From a virus, in IMG/VR virus record IMGVR_UViG_3300020167_000001, positions 1-64,000 of that record: a DNA stretch of 64,000 nt. One strand, given 5' to 3'. The position numbers were made by a program, and so were the translations under genes. Shown here piece after piece: positions 46,661 to 55,944 of the stretch (positions are counted from its first letter, which is position 1; each line of letters opens with the position of its first letter). The notes below the pieces were generated by a model, which worked only from the letters and a program-made list of their open reading frames with translations, had not been told where the DNA came from and ran no database searches.

Positions 46661-49600
46661 ATGGCATGCATAACATTAACATCTTGTACTTTAAATGATA
46701 CTACAGTATTAATTACTGATTCAGTTGTATCAGCTCCTTTGATGGCCTATATAGGACAAAATGTTAATGTTATAGGCTATCCTGGTATTTGTTTTTATGT
46801 AGAATTAAATGAAACAGGATGTTTAGATTGTGAAAAAGCTGCTAGTATATTATTAGCACCTGGTAATCCAATTTGTATTAATACCATTCCCTACAGAGCC
46901 TATATATTAACACCGTGTGATCCTCAGTTGCCAAGCTTATTTACAACACAAGTTTTATATCCATATGATGGATTAACTATTACTTTTTTTGGACAAGGTG
47001 GGGCATGCTATACAGTTAACGGAAGCCTTACAGTACCTACAGATATAAACTCAGTAATTGTACAATGTCCTGAACCTTGTGCTTGCACACCTGTGGTATG
47101 TGGATGTCCTGATGGTTATGTATTAAATCAAGCCGGCTTATGTGAAGGTACAGTGAGTGTTCCTCCTATTAATAATGGCACACAGTATACAGTAGCTCAA
47201 GCTCTTTGGTTTGAAGGTACTTTTGGTACATTAGCTGCAGAATTTTATGAAGATATCACTAACAAACCTTGGCCTATTTTATCAACAGCTCCAGGTAATG
47301 TAAGTGCTTATACGGATAATACCTTAGTTCCTTTATTAATTACCAATACTTTATCTAATCAAATTTGGGGAGGACTGATGTCTTCTTTAAATTTTAGAAT
47401 GAGAATTGCTGGTGTATGGACTAACTCATTTACATGGGATCCTATTGATGAATGGATTGGTTTTAGTTATTGTGTTACCCTTACAGAAACTAAAACTTAT
47501 TACATAGCATATGCTGTAGATGACTTTGCCCGAATATTTATTGATGGTGTATTGATGCTTAATCAAGATACTTCAGGTTGGGCTTTCAAGAAATTACAGA
47601 TATTTCCAATAACTTTAAATGCCGGCTTACATATCATTACAGGTGAAGTAAAAAATGCAGGAGTAAGTGCTATATTTGCTTTTGAAATTTATGATGCTAC
47701 TTTAGCTCAATTATTAGCCGTTGCTCTTCCTGGTGATATTGATCCTTATATTGTATTTAGTTCTGGAGATCAGATTGGCCTTAATTGGCAAACTGGTGAA
47801 ACTTCAGGTTATTCATGTCCCGATGGATATGCTTTAAATACTTGTGATGGTTTAAGTTGTACTCAAATTGTAACAATTCCTCAAGTTCCTTGTGAAGCTT
47901 GGCAAATAACTTTTTGTGAAGGAACAGGTTTAGATCCTATTATTACAAGTACTGATTTATCAGGTTATATTGGAAGTGTCTATGAAATTACATATACCCC
48001 TTTAATAAATCCAATAGCTATTACAGCTTGTGGTAGTGTAGCTCAAGCCCCCTCTCAACTAGCTCCTGCTTTTACCGGTACCTTTTCTGAGATAAGTTAT
48101 GACTGTTGTGAATCTTGTATGGCTATTTGTTATCTTTTAGAAGATTGTCAAAATGCTGTGCCAGATATGATTTTATGTACAGATTTAAGTGAATATGTAG
48201 GAAAAATCATTAAGATTAAAGGTTGTGGTGATATCTGTTGGACCGTATCTGAAGCTAATTCTTGTGTGAATAGTATTAAGTTTGAAGGTGAAGTTACAGA
48301 ATTTGATACTTGCTTGGAGTGCTTACCTCCTACTCCGGTACCAGTTCCTTTAGAACTTAACCTTAGAAAAGTAAAACCTGGTTATAACAGTCCCAATTCA
48401 TGTGTAACACTTGAGTATTTACAACGCGTTAACTGTAATTTTGCATTACAAGTATATAATGAGATGTTGATTAAAAGATATGGTATTACTGTATGTTGTG
48501 ATCAGGATGTTGATACTTGGGATATTCAAAAATCAGAATTAGATTATATGCTTATGGGTGACCCGAGCATGTGTAAATCTACATTATGTGATTGCAAAGC
48601 TCCTTGTTTAATAGATGCTATCTTTACTTTGGTACCTACTTGTGTAGAACCTATATTAATCAGTGCTACTTTAGATGATTTGTGCTTTCCTCCTGTTTTT
48701 ACAGATGGTGTAGTTACTGTAGAAACTCAATCACTTCCTTGTAATTGTTATATATTAACAGGAACTGATTATACTTTAGGTTGGATTGATTGTTGTTGTG
48801 AATACCAAACAGCAACTTTTACTTCTAATGCTACAGTATGTGCACATTATCCACCTGTTATTTTAAGTGGTGTAGTTGCTATACTTGCAGCTGAAGAATG
48901 TGGTAGTGATTTATGTGTAGCTCCTTTACCTGTATGTTATTGTTGGAATATAATTCCAGGACCTGGTGGAGATCAAATAAGATATACAAGTTGTAATGAT
49001 ATAGATGTTATAATTAGGGTTTCATCAAGTGATAATATTAGCGTTTGTTCTGAAACAACCCCTACAGTTATCAATGGCTCCACAGTAACTAATACTGGAT
49101 TCTGTACTACAAATTGTGGTTTAACACCTTCTTGTGTGTGTTATCAAGTTATAATAACATCCAATGATCTTAATCCTGCTACAGTAGATATGGTAACTAC
49201 TTCTTGTAATAATCCTTTAGTTCCTATTACTACAACTATTGTATCAGGAACTCCGACTTTATTGTGTTCTGGAAAAGTACCTACATTTACATCAGCTAGT
49301 GCTAATGCTGTTATAAATATATTAGTTAAAAATACTATAGCTTGTGTAGATTGTCATATTCCTATTCCTTGTGTATGTTACCAAGTATTAATGCCAGCTT
49401 TAGGGGGAACAATTTCTTATATACCTTGTGGTTCTACATCGGGTTATTTAAATGTTACATTAGGAGCTGGATGGTCTTATCATTGTTCAGAATCTGGTGC
49501 TCCATTTTCAATATCTGGAGGAGCTCCTTTAAATGTAACCGCTATCAGTAATGATTGTGGTTTAGGCGAATGTGTACTAACACCTGTTTGTAATACACAA

Positions 49601-50002
49601 ACTAGTTGTTATACAATAACAAATTTAGGAGCACCTACTACTTTATTATATGATAATTGTTTTGCTTCATATATTATATTGAATATGACTGGTGTAATTA
49701 ATATTTGTGATGCAGGTTCTGCACCTCAAATTGGTTCTGGTACAGTAGTACTTAATGGTCCTTGTACAACAGCTTGTACATCTACACCAACAGAAACTTG
49801 TCAATGTTATAGAATTTCAATTAATACAGCAACTCCGTGTACTTTTGAATATATTGATTGTAACGGTGTTCCAGCTACAAAAGTTATCACAAGTACTGGT
49901 ACAATATGTGCTAAAAATTATCCTAACTTAACAACTTTTGCAGGAGGTGTTGTAACTATAACTTATTCAACTGATAATTGTGGTTTAGGTCAATGTATAT
50001 AA
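46661..50002 (+). CDS. large Cys-rich repeat structural protein with a PA14-like domain
   Basis: 1113 aa; CPDGY twice flanking a VDDFARIFIDG..LNAGLHII beta domain; repeated CxCY modules. Confidence 0.7.
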   Translation: MACITLTSCTLNDTTVLITDSVVSAPLMAYIGQNVNVIGYPGICFYVELNETGCLDCEKAASILLAPGNPICINTIPYRAYILTPCDPQLPSLFTTQVLYPYDGLTITFFGQGGACYTVNGSLTVPTDINSVIVQCPEPCACTPVVCGCPDGYVLNQAGLCEGTVSVPPINNGTQYTVAQALWFEGTFGTLAAEFYEDITNKPWPILSTAPGNVSAYTDNTLVPLLITNTLSNQIWGGLMSSLNFRMRIAGVWTNSFTWDPIDEWIGFSYCVTLTETKTYYIAYAVDDFARIFIDGVLMLNQDTSGWAFKKLQIFPITLNAGLHIITGEVKNAGVSAIFAFEIYDATLAQLLAVALPGDIDPYIVFSSGDQIGLNWQTGETSGYSCPDGYALNTCDGLSCTQIVTIPQVPCEAWQITFCEGTGLDPIITSTDLSGYIGSVYEITYTPLINPIAITACGSVAQAPSQLAPAFTGTFSEISYDCCESCMAICYLLEDCQNAVPDMILCTDLSEYVGKIIKIKGCGDICWTVSEANSCVNSIKFEGEVTEFDTCLECLPPTPVPVPLELNLRKVKPGYNSPNSCVTLEYLQRVNCNFALQVYNEMLIKRYGITVCCDQDVDTWDIQKSELDYMLMGDPSMCKSTLCDCKAPCLIDAIFTLVPTCVEPILISATLDDLCFPPVFTDGVVTVETQSLPCNCYILTGTDYTLGWIDCCCEYQTATFTSNATVCAHYPPVILSGVVAILAAEECGSDLCVAPLPVCYCWNIIPGPGGDQIRYTSCNDIDVIIRVSSSDNISVCSETTPTVINGSTVTNTGFCTTNCGLTPSCVCYQVIITSNDLNPATVDMVTTSCNNPLVPITTTIVSGTPTLLCSGKVPTFTSASANAVINILVKNTIACVDCHIPIPCVCYQVLMPALGGTISYIPCGSTSGYLNVTLGAGWSYHCSESGAPFSISGGAPLNVTAISNDCGLGECVLTPVCNTQTSCYTITNLGAPTTLLYDNCFASYIILNMTGVINICDAGSAPQIGSGTVVLNGPCTTACTSTPTETCQCYRISINTATPCTFEYIDCNGVPATKVITSTGTICAKNYPNLTTFAGGVVTITYSTDNCGLGQCI

Positions 50003-50054
50003 ACTTTGGAAATATAATAGAAAATCCGTATATTAATAATAAATTTACAACATA

Positions 50055-51548
50055 ATGAAACCATTAAATATAGATAAATCAGGATGTTCTAATACATCAT
50101 CAAATTGTGTAGTTTGGCAAGGACCTGATATTCCTTGTATTGCTCTATGTAAAGGAGATTCTATTACAGAAGTGGTGTATAAATTAGCAACTGAATTATG
50201 CACAATCATGGATACTTTTGACATGAATGAGTATGATTTAAAATGCTTTGCCGGTGGTGCTTGTAAGCCAGAGACATTTAAAGAATTTATTCAACTTGTT
50301 ATTAACAAGATTTGCTATGTTCAAGAATGTTCAGGTTGTTTAAATAGTTGTGACCCATGTAATACTACGGTGACTCCAACTGTTCCTGTAGTACCGCCTC
50401 CATCTGGAGGAGATCCTATTGTTCCAATAGCACCAGCATTTAGATATGTTAACCAATTTGGTGATATAGTAACTACTATGACTACTAGTGAATATGCTGT
50501 AACTATTGGTAACCGTGTTTCAAATATTGTAACTACTATTAGTACTATAAATGCCACATTAGTAAATCATAATACTAGAATTACTAATTTAGAAAATGCT
50601 CCAGCACCTGTCTATCCTACTCCTGTAATGACTCCGGTTTGTGTAACAGCCTCTATACCTACAGATTCATTTACAGTATTAACAGCATTAGAACAACAAT
50701 TTTGTGAGTTAAGAATTGCAACAGGTACTCCTAATAATATTTTTACAAATATTGGCAATCAACCTGCAAATTTAGGAGCTACTCCAACTTTAAATAATCC
50801 ATTAGCTCTTATTAGTTCATTACCTGGTTTTAACAATACAGTAGCTAATGAAGCTGATTCTATTGGTAATCTTTGGGTTGTAGTTTCAGATATGAGATTA
50901 GCCATTAAAAATATTATTGATAATTATTTACCAAGTGATTGTGCAGCTATAGGAATGACCATATTTGCAAGTTATGCTCCTACAACATTAACAATTTTTA
51001 TTAATGGTACCATACCTGGTACATTCTCAAATACATTTCCTGCAGGAACTATATTTACTATAACTGATGATTTTGGTGCTAGTATGAGAGTTACTATTGA
51101 TATACCAAGTATGATTAATACAATGGGAGGGTTTCCTGTTAATATATCAGGTAGTGGTTTAAATACAACTTCTAATTTAACAATTAATGCTAGTCCTAGC
51201 TTTACAAGTACTACTACTGGATCACAGTGTCAATCAACATTACAATTTGTAGTTGTTAATCAAGCTAATTGTGCAGTAGTTACTTATGGTACAACTACAA
51301 CAGCTCAGATTGATTACACGTATACTACAGCAGCTATTACAGCAACATATAGTATTGAGCTTTGGGATGCTTTAACAAATACATTCTTAGGAGGATATAG
51401 TGTTGCTAATACTATAGTTCAAGTAGTATCAGGTTCATTCTTAGCAGCTTTCCCTGTATTACCATTAACTCAATACAAATTAAGATTAGTAGTAACAGTA
51501 AATTCAGTAGATACTTATTGTGACTTTACTTTAGTAACAACCACATAA
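50055..51548 (+). CDS. Cys-rich fibre-like structural protein
   Basis: SSNCVVWQGPDIPC N-terminus, coiled-coil segment, FN3-like C-terminus. Confidence 0.65.
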   Translation: MKPLNIDKSGCSNTSSNCVVWQGPDIPCIALCKGDSITEVVYKLATELCTIMDTFDMNEYDLKCFAGGACKPETFKEFIQLVINKICYVQECSGCLNSCDPCNTTVTPTVPVVPPPSGGDPIVPIAPAFRYVNQFGDIVTTMTTSEYAVTIGNRVSNIVTTISTINATLVNHNTRITNLENAPAPVYPTPVMTPVCVTASIPTDSFTVLTALEQQFCELRIATGTPNNIFTNIGNQPANLGATPTLNNPLALISSLPGFNNTVANEADSIGNLWVVVSDMRLAIKNIIDNYLPSDCAAIGMTIFASYAPTTLTIFINGTIPGTFSNTFPAGTIFTITDDFGASMRVTIDIPSMINTMGGFPVNISGSGLNTTSNLTINASPSFTSTTTGSQCQSTLQFVVVNQANCAVVTYGTTTTAQIDYTYTTAAITATYSIELWDALTNTFLGGYSVANTIVQVVSGSFLAAFPVLPLTQYKLRLVVTVNSVDTYCDFTLVTTT

Positions 51549-51559
51549 AATAATACAAC

Positions 51560-52777
51560 ATGAATAATTGTCCAAATTGTAAAAAAGAATGTAATAATGG
51601 TGAATGTGGTTGCATTCCTAAAGGGTTGACTACACCACCATCTTGTCCTGGAGATTTACCAAGCTGTCCAGAGCCGAGTCCTTGTAATGAAACATTTGAT
51701 GCTAAATGTGTATATTATACAGGTACAGGAAATGACTGTTTAAGTATAGAAACTGGTCAGACTGTTGAAGCGGTTATTAATAACTTAGCTTCTCAGTTGG
51801 CTCCTTTTATTTGCTTGGAGTGTGCAAGTTTGATTATTCCTGCAAACAATGCTACAGCTGTATCTAATACACAAGCTCTTAATTGGAACATGATACCTGG
51901 AGCTTCTTCTTATGATGTATATTTAGGTACAGATTCTTTAAATTTAACTTTGGTATCAGTAGGTCAAATATTAACTTCTTATACTCCAGCCTATCCTTTA
52001 TTACCGGATACAACTTATTTTTGGAAAATCATACCTTATAATTTAGCTGGAGTACCAGTGGCAACTTGTCCTGTCTTTACTTTTAATACAGTAGCTGCTC
52101 CATGCTTAAATCCTTTATCTGATTTATTTACAAAAATATTAGGATATATACCATCACAAGGTATTAGAACTATTGATGTTGTAATAAATGGTATTGAAAA
52201 TTATTTAGATGCTGGAGAATTATTAACTAACTGTAATCTATGTTGCCCTGATTGTGAAGCTACTCATAGATATGTTTTAGCATCAGCTCCTTTATATTCT
52301 GTATATTATGAGGCTGTTTACTCAACTACATGTTTACCTCCTTGTTGTATTGAAGTTGATGCTTCATTAACAGCTATGAACACAATTAAAGAAGGTCAGG
52401 GTAATGTAGCTTTAAGTACAGCTTTTGCAACGGTTCCTCCTAATACTAATTGTTGTGGTACTAATTTTAGTGAATGTGCTGCTAGAATAAAAACTTTATT
52501 ACCTAATAAATGGGGAGGAATATTTGTTGGATTAGGTGTAGTTGAAGAATCTAGTTTTAATGGTACTACTGAATTATGTATTATAGCTGATTTTATTGAA
52601 ACTTTATTACCCTTATTTACAGAAACAGATGTGGCAGACGTTATCAAAGCTCTTTTAAATAAAGGTTTTGTTGTAGATTGCCGTCCTGAAGGAACTATCA
52701 TTGCTAGTGTAGCAACTTATCTTACTTATTTAAACAATGTAAGTGTTGGTGGATGCTTATGTTACAAACCTTGTTAA
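51560..52777 (+). CDS. Cys-rich structural protein with FN3-like domain
   Basis: CVYYTG motif related to the 50055 ORF; LNWNMIPGASSYDVYLG..LLPDTTYFWKI. Confidence 0.65.
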   Translation: MNNCPNCKKECNNGECGCIPKGLTTPPSCPGDLPSCPEPSPCNETFDAKCVYYTGTGNDCLSIETGQTVEAVINNLASQLAPFICLECASLIIPANNATAVSNTQALNWNMIPGASSYDVYLGTDSLNLTLVSVGQILTSYTPAYPLLPDTTYFWKIIPYNLAGVPVATCPVFTFNTVAAPCLNPLSDLFTKILGYIPSQGIRTIDVVINGIENYLDAGELLTNCNLCCPDCEATHRYVLASAPLYSVYYEAVYSTTCLPPCCIEVDASLTAMNTIKEGQGNVALSTAFATVPPNTNCCGTNFSECAARIKTLLPNKWGGIFVGLGVVEESSFNGTTELCIIADFIETLLPLFTETDVADVIKALLNKGFVVDCRPEGTIIASVATYLTYLNNVSVGGCLCYKPC

Positions 52778-52796
52778 TTAATTAAAAAATAAAAAT

Positions 52797-53471
52797 ATGA
52801 CACCAGCTATTATAACTGTAAATTTTATATCAAATTATGCCGGCCCACATAGAATCTGTTGGAGAATTCAAGGTTCTGGCAATCCTTATGTATGCACTAA
52901 TATTGTTGATTGTTTAGGAGGTGGTAATACTTGCCAGGCTTTAATTAACACAATGGTTGATCCTGAGTTATGTGATCCTATAATTTTTGAAGGATATATC
53001 CAAGCTACTTGTAATGCCGAAGGTTCTCCTACAGGCCAAGTACCATTTACAGTAACTTATACACCAGATCCGAGTTGTAAAGCTTATCAATTATCAAATA
53101 ACACAGGTGATGCGTATGATTTTAATATATCTGAATTAGGTTTAAATTGTGATGGTACAACTAGACCTGATATCTTATTAGCTGATGGAGGTATTATTTA
53201 CTTATGTGGTATTGCTGGTATGCCTCAACGTATTATTGATTTATTCAATGTAATTCCATATCCTAATATATGTTGTGGAGTATGTAAGAATTATACCGTA
53301 AATTCAGCAACCGGTACTGATGCTACAATTTATTATATTGATTGTACTACAAGACAGTTTATGACAGCAGAAGGACCTAAAACAGGAGACCCTGGTTTAG
53401 TAATTTGTGCAGTAGAAGGAAGTATAACTGGAGATCAACCATTAACTATTATAGTCAATGGTGATTGTTAA
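52797..53471 (+). CDS. Cys-rich hypothetical structural protein
   Basis: 224 aa; YIDC module shared with the 46661 ORF. Confidence 0.6.
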   Translation: MTPAIITVNFISNYAGPHRICWRIQGSGNPYVCTNIVDCLGGGNTCQALINTMVDPELCDPIIFEGYIQATCNAEGSPTGQVPFTVTYTPDPSCKAYQLSNNTGDAYDFNISELGLNCDGTTRPDILLADGGIIYLCGIAGMPQRIIDLFNVIPYPNICCGVCKNYTVNSATGTDATIYYIDCTTRQFMTAEGPKTGDPGLVICAVEGSITGDQPLTIIVNGDC

Positions 53472-53515
53472 ATATTGAAAGTCAGGGTTTGTTGGTTTAA
53501 ACCTGGTCTAACAGG

Positions 53516-53548
53516 CACTCCTCGGTTAAATTATACCGGGGAGTTTTG
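53516..53548 (+). terminator. intrinsic terminator
   Basis: ACTCCTCGGT-TAAATTAT-ACCGGGGAGT-TTT. Confidence 0.7.
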
Positions 53549-53620
53549 CTTTATAAACACTTGTAATTTACACAATAAAAGTTTATTTTTAAAACTTGAA
53601 AATATTATGTATATTTAGTT

Positions 53621-54211
53621 ATGAAAGACTTTAAAAAACCAGACTTAAATGCCCCTAGATGTCGCGAAAGTATACATCAAATCTTAAGTAATGATTTTGT
53701 TAAAAAGTTCATTGAAAAATATCCTCAGTATGCTCATCTTAGTTTAAAAGATGTAAGATTAATATTGAATACTTTTCATGGTAAATTATGGGATCATGTG
53801 GTTCATAATAGAGAAGGTATAGAATTGCCTGAAGGACTGGGTTATATATTTTTAGGAACTTGCTTTAGTGCTAAAAAATATAATACTGATTTTGGAAACT
53901 CTATTAAATCAGAGAATTTACTGAGACATAGAAATTTTGAATCTGATAATTTTTTAGCTAAGATTTTTTATACCAATTATGCTAACAAATACAAGTTTCG
54001 AAACAGAGAACTTTGGATATTTAAAGCTCATAGGGATTTTAAAAGAGCTGTGCCTCCATCATATAGAGAAAATTGGAAGATATTTTTACAAGTAGAGAAT
54101 GGTAAACACATTACAAAATATTTAAAAACTATATTTAAAAGTGACTGGATTAGAAAAGTTCAGAGTAACTTTGTAATTGATCCTTTATATAATGAATTTG
54201 ATTTAACATAA
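53621..54211 (+). CDS. IHF/HU-related crAss-like protein
   Basis: GIELPEGLGYIFLG; position before the tail ring genes. Confidence 0.5.
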   Translation: MKDFKKPDLNAPRCRESIHQILSNDFVKKFIEKYPQYAHLSLKDVRLILNTFHGKLWDHVVHNREGIELPEGLGYIFLGTCFSAKKYNTDFGNSIKSENLLRHRNFESDNFLAKIFYTNYANKYKFRNRELWIFKAHRDFKRAVPPSYRENWKIFLQVENGKHITKYLKTIFKSDWIRKVQSNFVIDPLYNEFDLT

Positions 54212-54216
54212 ACAAA

Positions 54217-54888
54217 ATGACTACAATAGGTGATAGCGTATCAAGATTAAGAAACTTAGTTAAAGGTGTCAAAGAAGATGCTTTCTTAACTGATCGATTT
54301 TTGTATTCTCTTGTATTAAAATATGCAAAGACTCTAATCCGTAGACAGGATAATGAGAACAAGATTATGAGATTTCAAAGTTTATTTGAACCATTACCTT
54401 GTGTTGAATTAATTGAAGTTGATAAGATTGAGGCATGCTGTGCTGGAATAAAATCCAATTGCACAATCATGAGAACTAAAGATAAATTACCTACAGTATT
54501 AGAAGGAGCTTATGGTCCATTATTCAGAACAGTAAGTTCAATCGATGGTTCTATTCAATGTTTTAAAACTTATCCGAGTACTTATACTAGTATGGCTAAT
54601 ACTAAAACATTCAAGTATAATACTAATAAATATTACTGGTATTTAGATGGCTATTTATATTTTCCAAATATTGTATGGGAATCAGTAAGAGTAGAAGGCT
54701 TATGGAATGAAAGTGTAGCCATGTATAAATGTGACGGAGATGTATGTAAAAAAAGACAAGATGATGATACACATATTCCAGAATACTTATTTGCAGAAAT
54801 TGAACAAATGGTACTTAAAGATTTAACTGTGTTAATCCAAATACCAATACAAAGTGTAGACGATAATCAGTCACCCCTTAGAACTTAA
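54217..54888 (+). CDS. putative tail ring/tubular protein
   Basis: 223 aa; YYWYLDGYLYFPN; synteny with crAss-like tail genes. Confidence 0.6.
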   Translation: MTTIGDSVSRLRNLVKGVKEDAFLTDRFLYSLVLKYAKTLIRRQDNENKIMRFQSLFEPLPCVELIEVDKIEACCAGIKSNCTIMRTKDKLPTVLEGAYGPLFRTVSSIDGSIQCFKTYPSTYTSMANTKTFKYNTNKYYWYLDGYLYFPNIVWESVRVEGLWNESVAMYKCDGDVCKKRQDDDTHIPEYLFAEIEQMVLKDLTVLIQIPIQSVDDNQSPLRT

Positions 54889-54916
54889 TTAACAGTTACT
54901 ATAAAAATATTTAACA

Positions 54917-55942
54917 ATGTATAATTACACCGTAAAATACAGAACTTTTGATGAGATGCTTAATGATGTACAAGTAGATTTTCAAAATCTATCATTACAA
55001 AATATGATAGAGCCTCAACAATTATTAAAAGTTGCCAAACGTGTAACTTATGATTTAGGCTTAAGAGTTATGATGACTAAAGAAGCTATTCTTGATGTAT
55101 GCAATGATCATGTAAAATTACCTGATGATTTTTATACTTTAAATTATGCATTAGTTTGTGATGATGTTACTATTCATGAAGCTGTAAGTCAAGGAACGCA
55201 TATCACAGAACAATCTGTTATACCTCAGTATCATCAAACACCGGCTGTTATTAGTTCTTGTACTGATGGTACAGTGAATTGCCAATCTTGTGGTGTACCT
55301 TGTAATACTTGTGCTTGCCAGGTTAATCCTGCAGTTTGTCCTGTATTACCTGAAGGACAAAGTTATTGTGTGAAACCAAAGATTCAAATGAATTGTAAAG
55401 GTGAATCTTATGAGTTAGTTCAGATTGTAAATACTCAATCTAGAACATATAAAAGATTATGGCCTTTACAAATGTTGACTAATGATCAAAGTATTGAGTG
55501 TGGTTGTCCGAATCTTTATGTAAAATCACCTACTCAAGGTTGGATTAAAGATAATTTTTTATTTACTAATCTTGGAGAAGGTAAAGTTTATATTAGTTAT
55601 CAAGGAGCTATGGAAGATGACCAAGGTAATTTATTAGTTGTTGATCATCCTGAAATTAATGAATATTATGAGTATGCTGTTAAACAGAGAATACTTGAAA
55701 ATTTATTAATGAATGATGAGAATGTAACAGCTAAACTAAACCTGGTAGAACAACGCTTAAGACAAGCTCGTAATATTTCAAAGTCTATTGTAAATACTCC
55801 TAATTTTTCTGAAATGAAAGCTTTATGGGAAGCTAATAGAAAAGCTCAATATGCTAAATATTATGACCAATTTAAAAGTTATAGTCAATATAGTGATTTC
55901 GGTAGAGTGAATGGTTTCCAACAATCTAGTAACAGATTTTAA
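54917..55942 (+). CDS. putative tail ring protein with Cys-rich insert
   Basis: VKLPDDF, GKVYISYQG..DDQGNLLV, YYEYAVK. Confidence 0.6.
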   Translation: MYNYTVKYRTFDEMLNDVQVDFQNLSLQNMIEPQQLLKVAKRVTYDLGLRVMMTKEAILDVCNDHVKLPDDFYTLNYALVCDDVTIHEAVSQGTHITEQSVIPQYHQTPAVISSCTDGTVNCQSCGVPCNTCACQVNPAVCPVLPEGQSYCVKPKIQMNCKGESYELVQIVNTQSRTYKRLWPLQMLTNDQSIECGCPNLYVKSPTQGWIKDNFLFTNLGEGKVYISYQGAMEDDQGNLLVVDHPEINEYYEYAVKQRILENLLMNDENVTAKLNLVEQRLRQARNISKSIVNTPNFSEMKALWEANRKAQYAKYYDQFKSYSQYSDFGRVNGFQQSSNRF

Positions 55943-55944
55943 TT

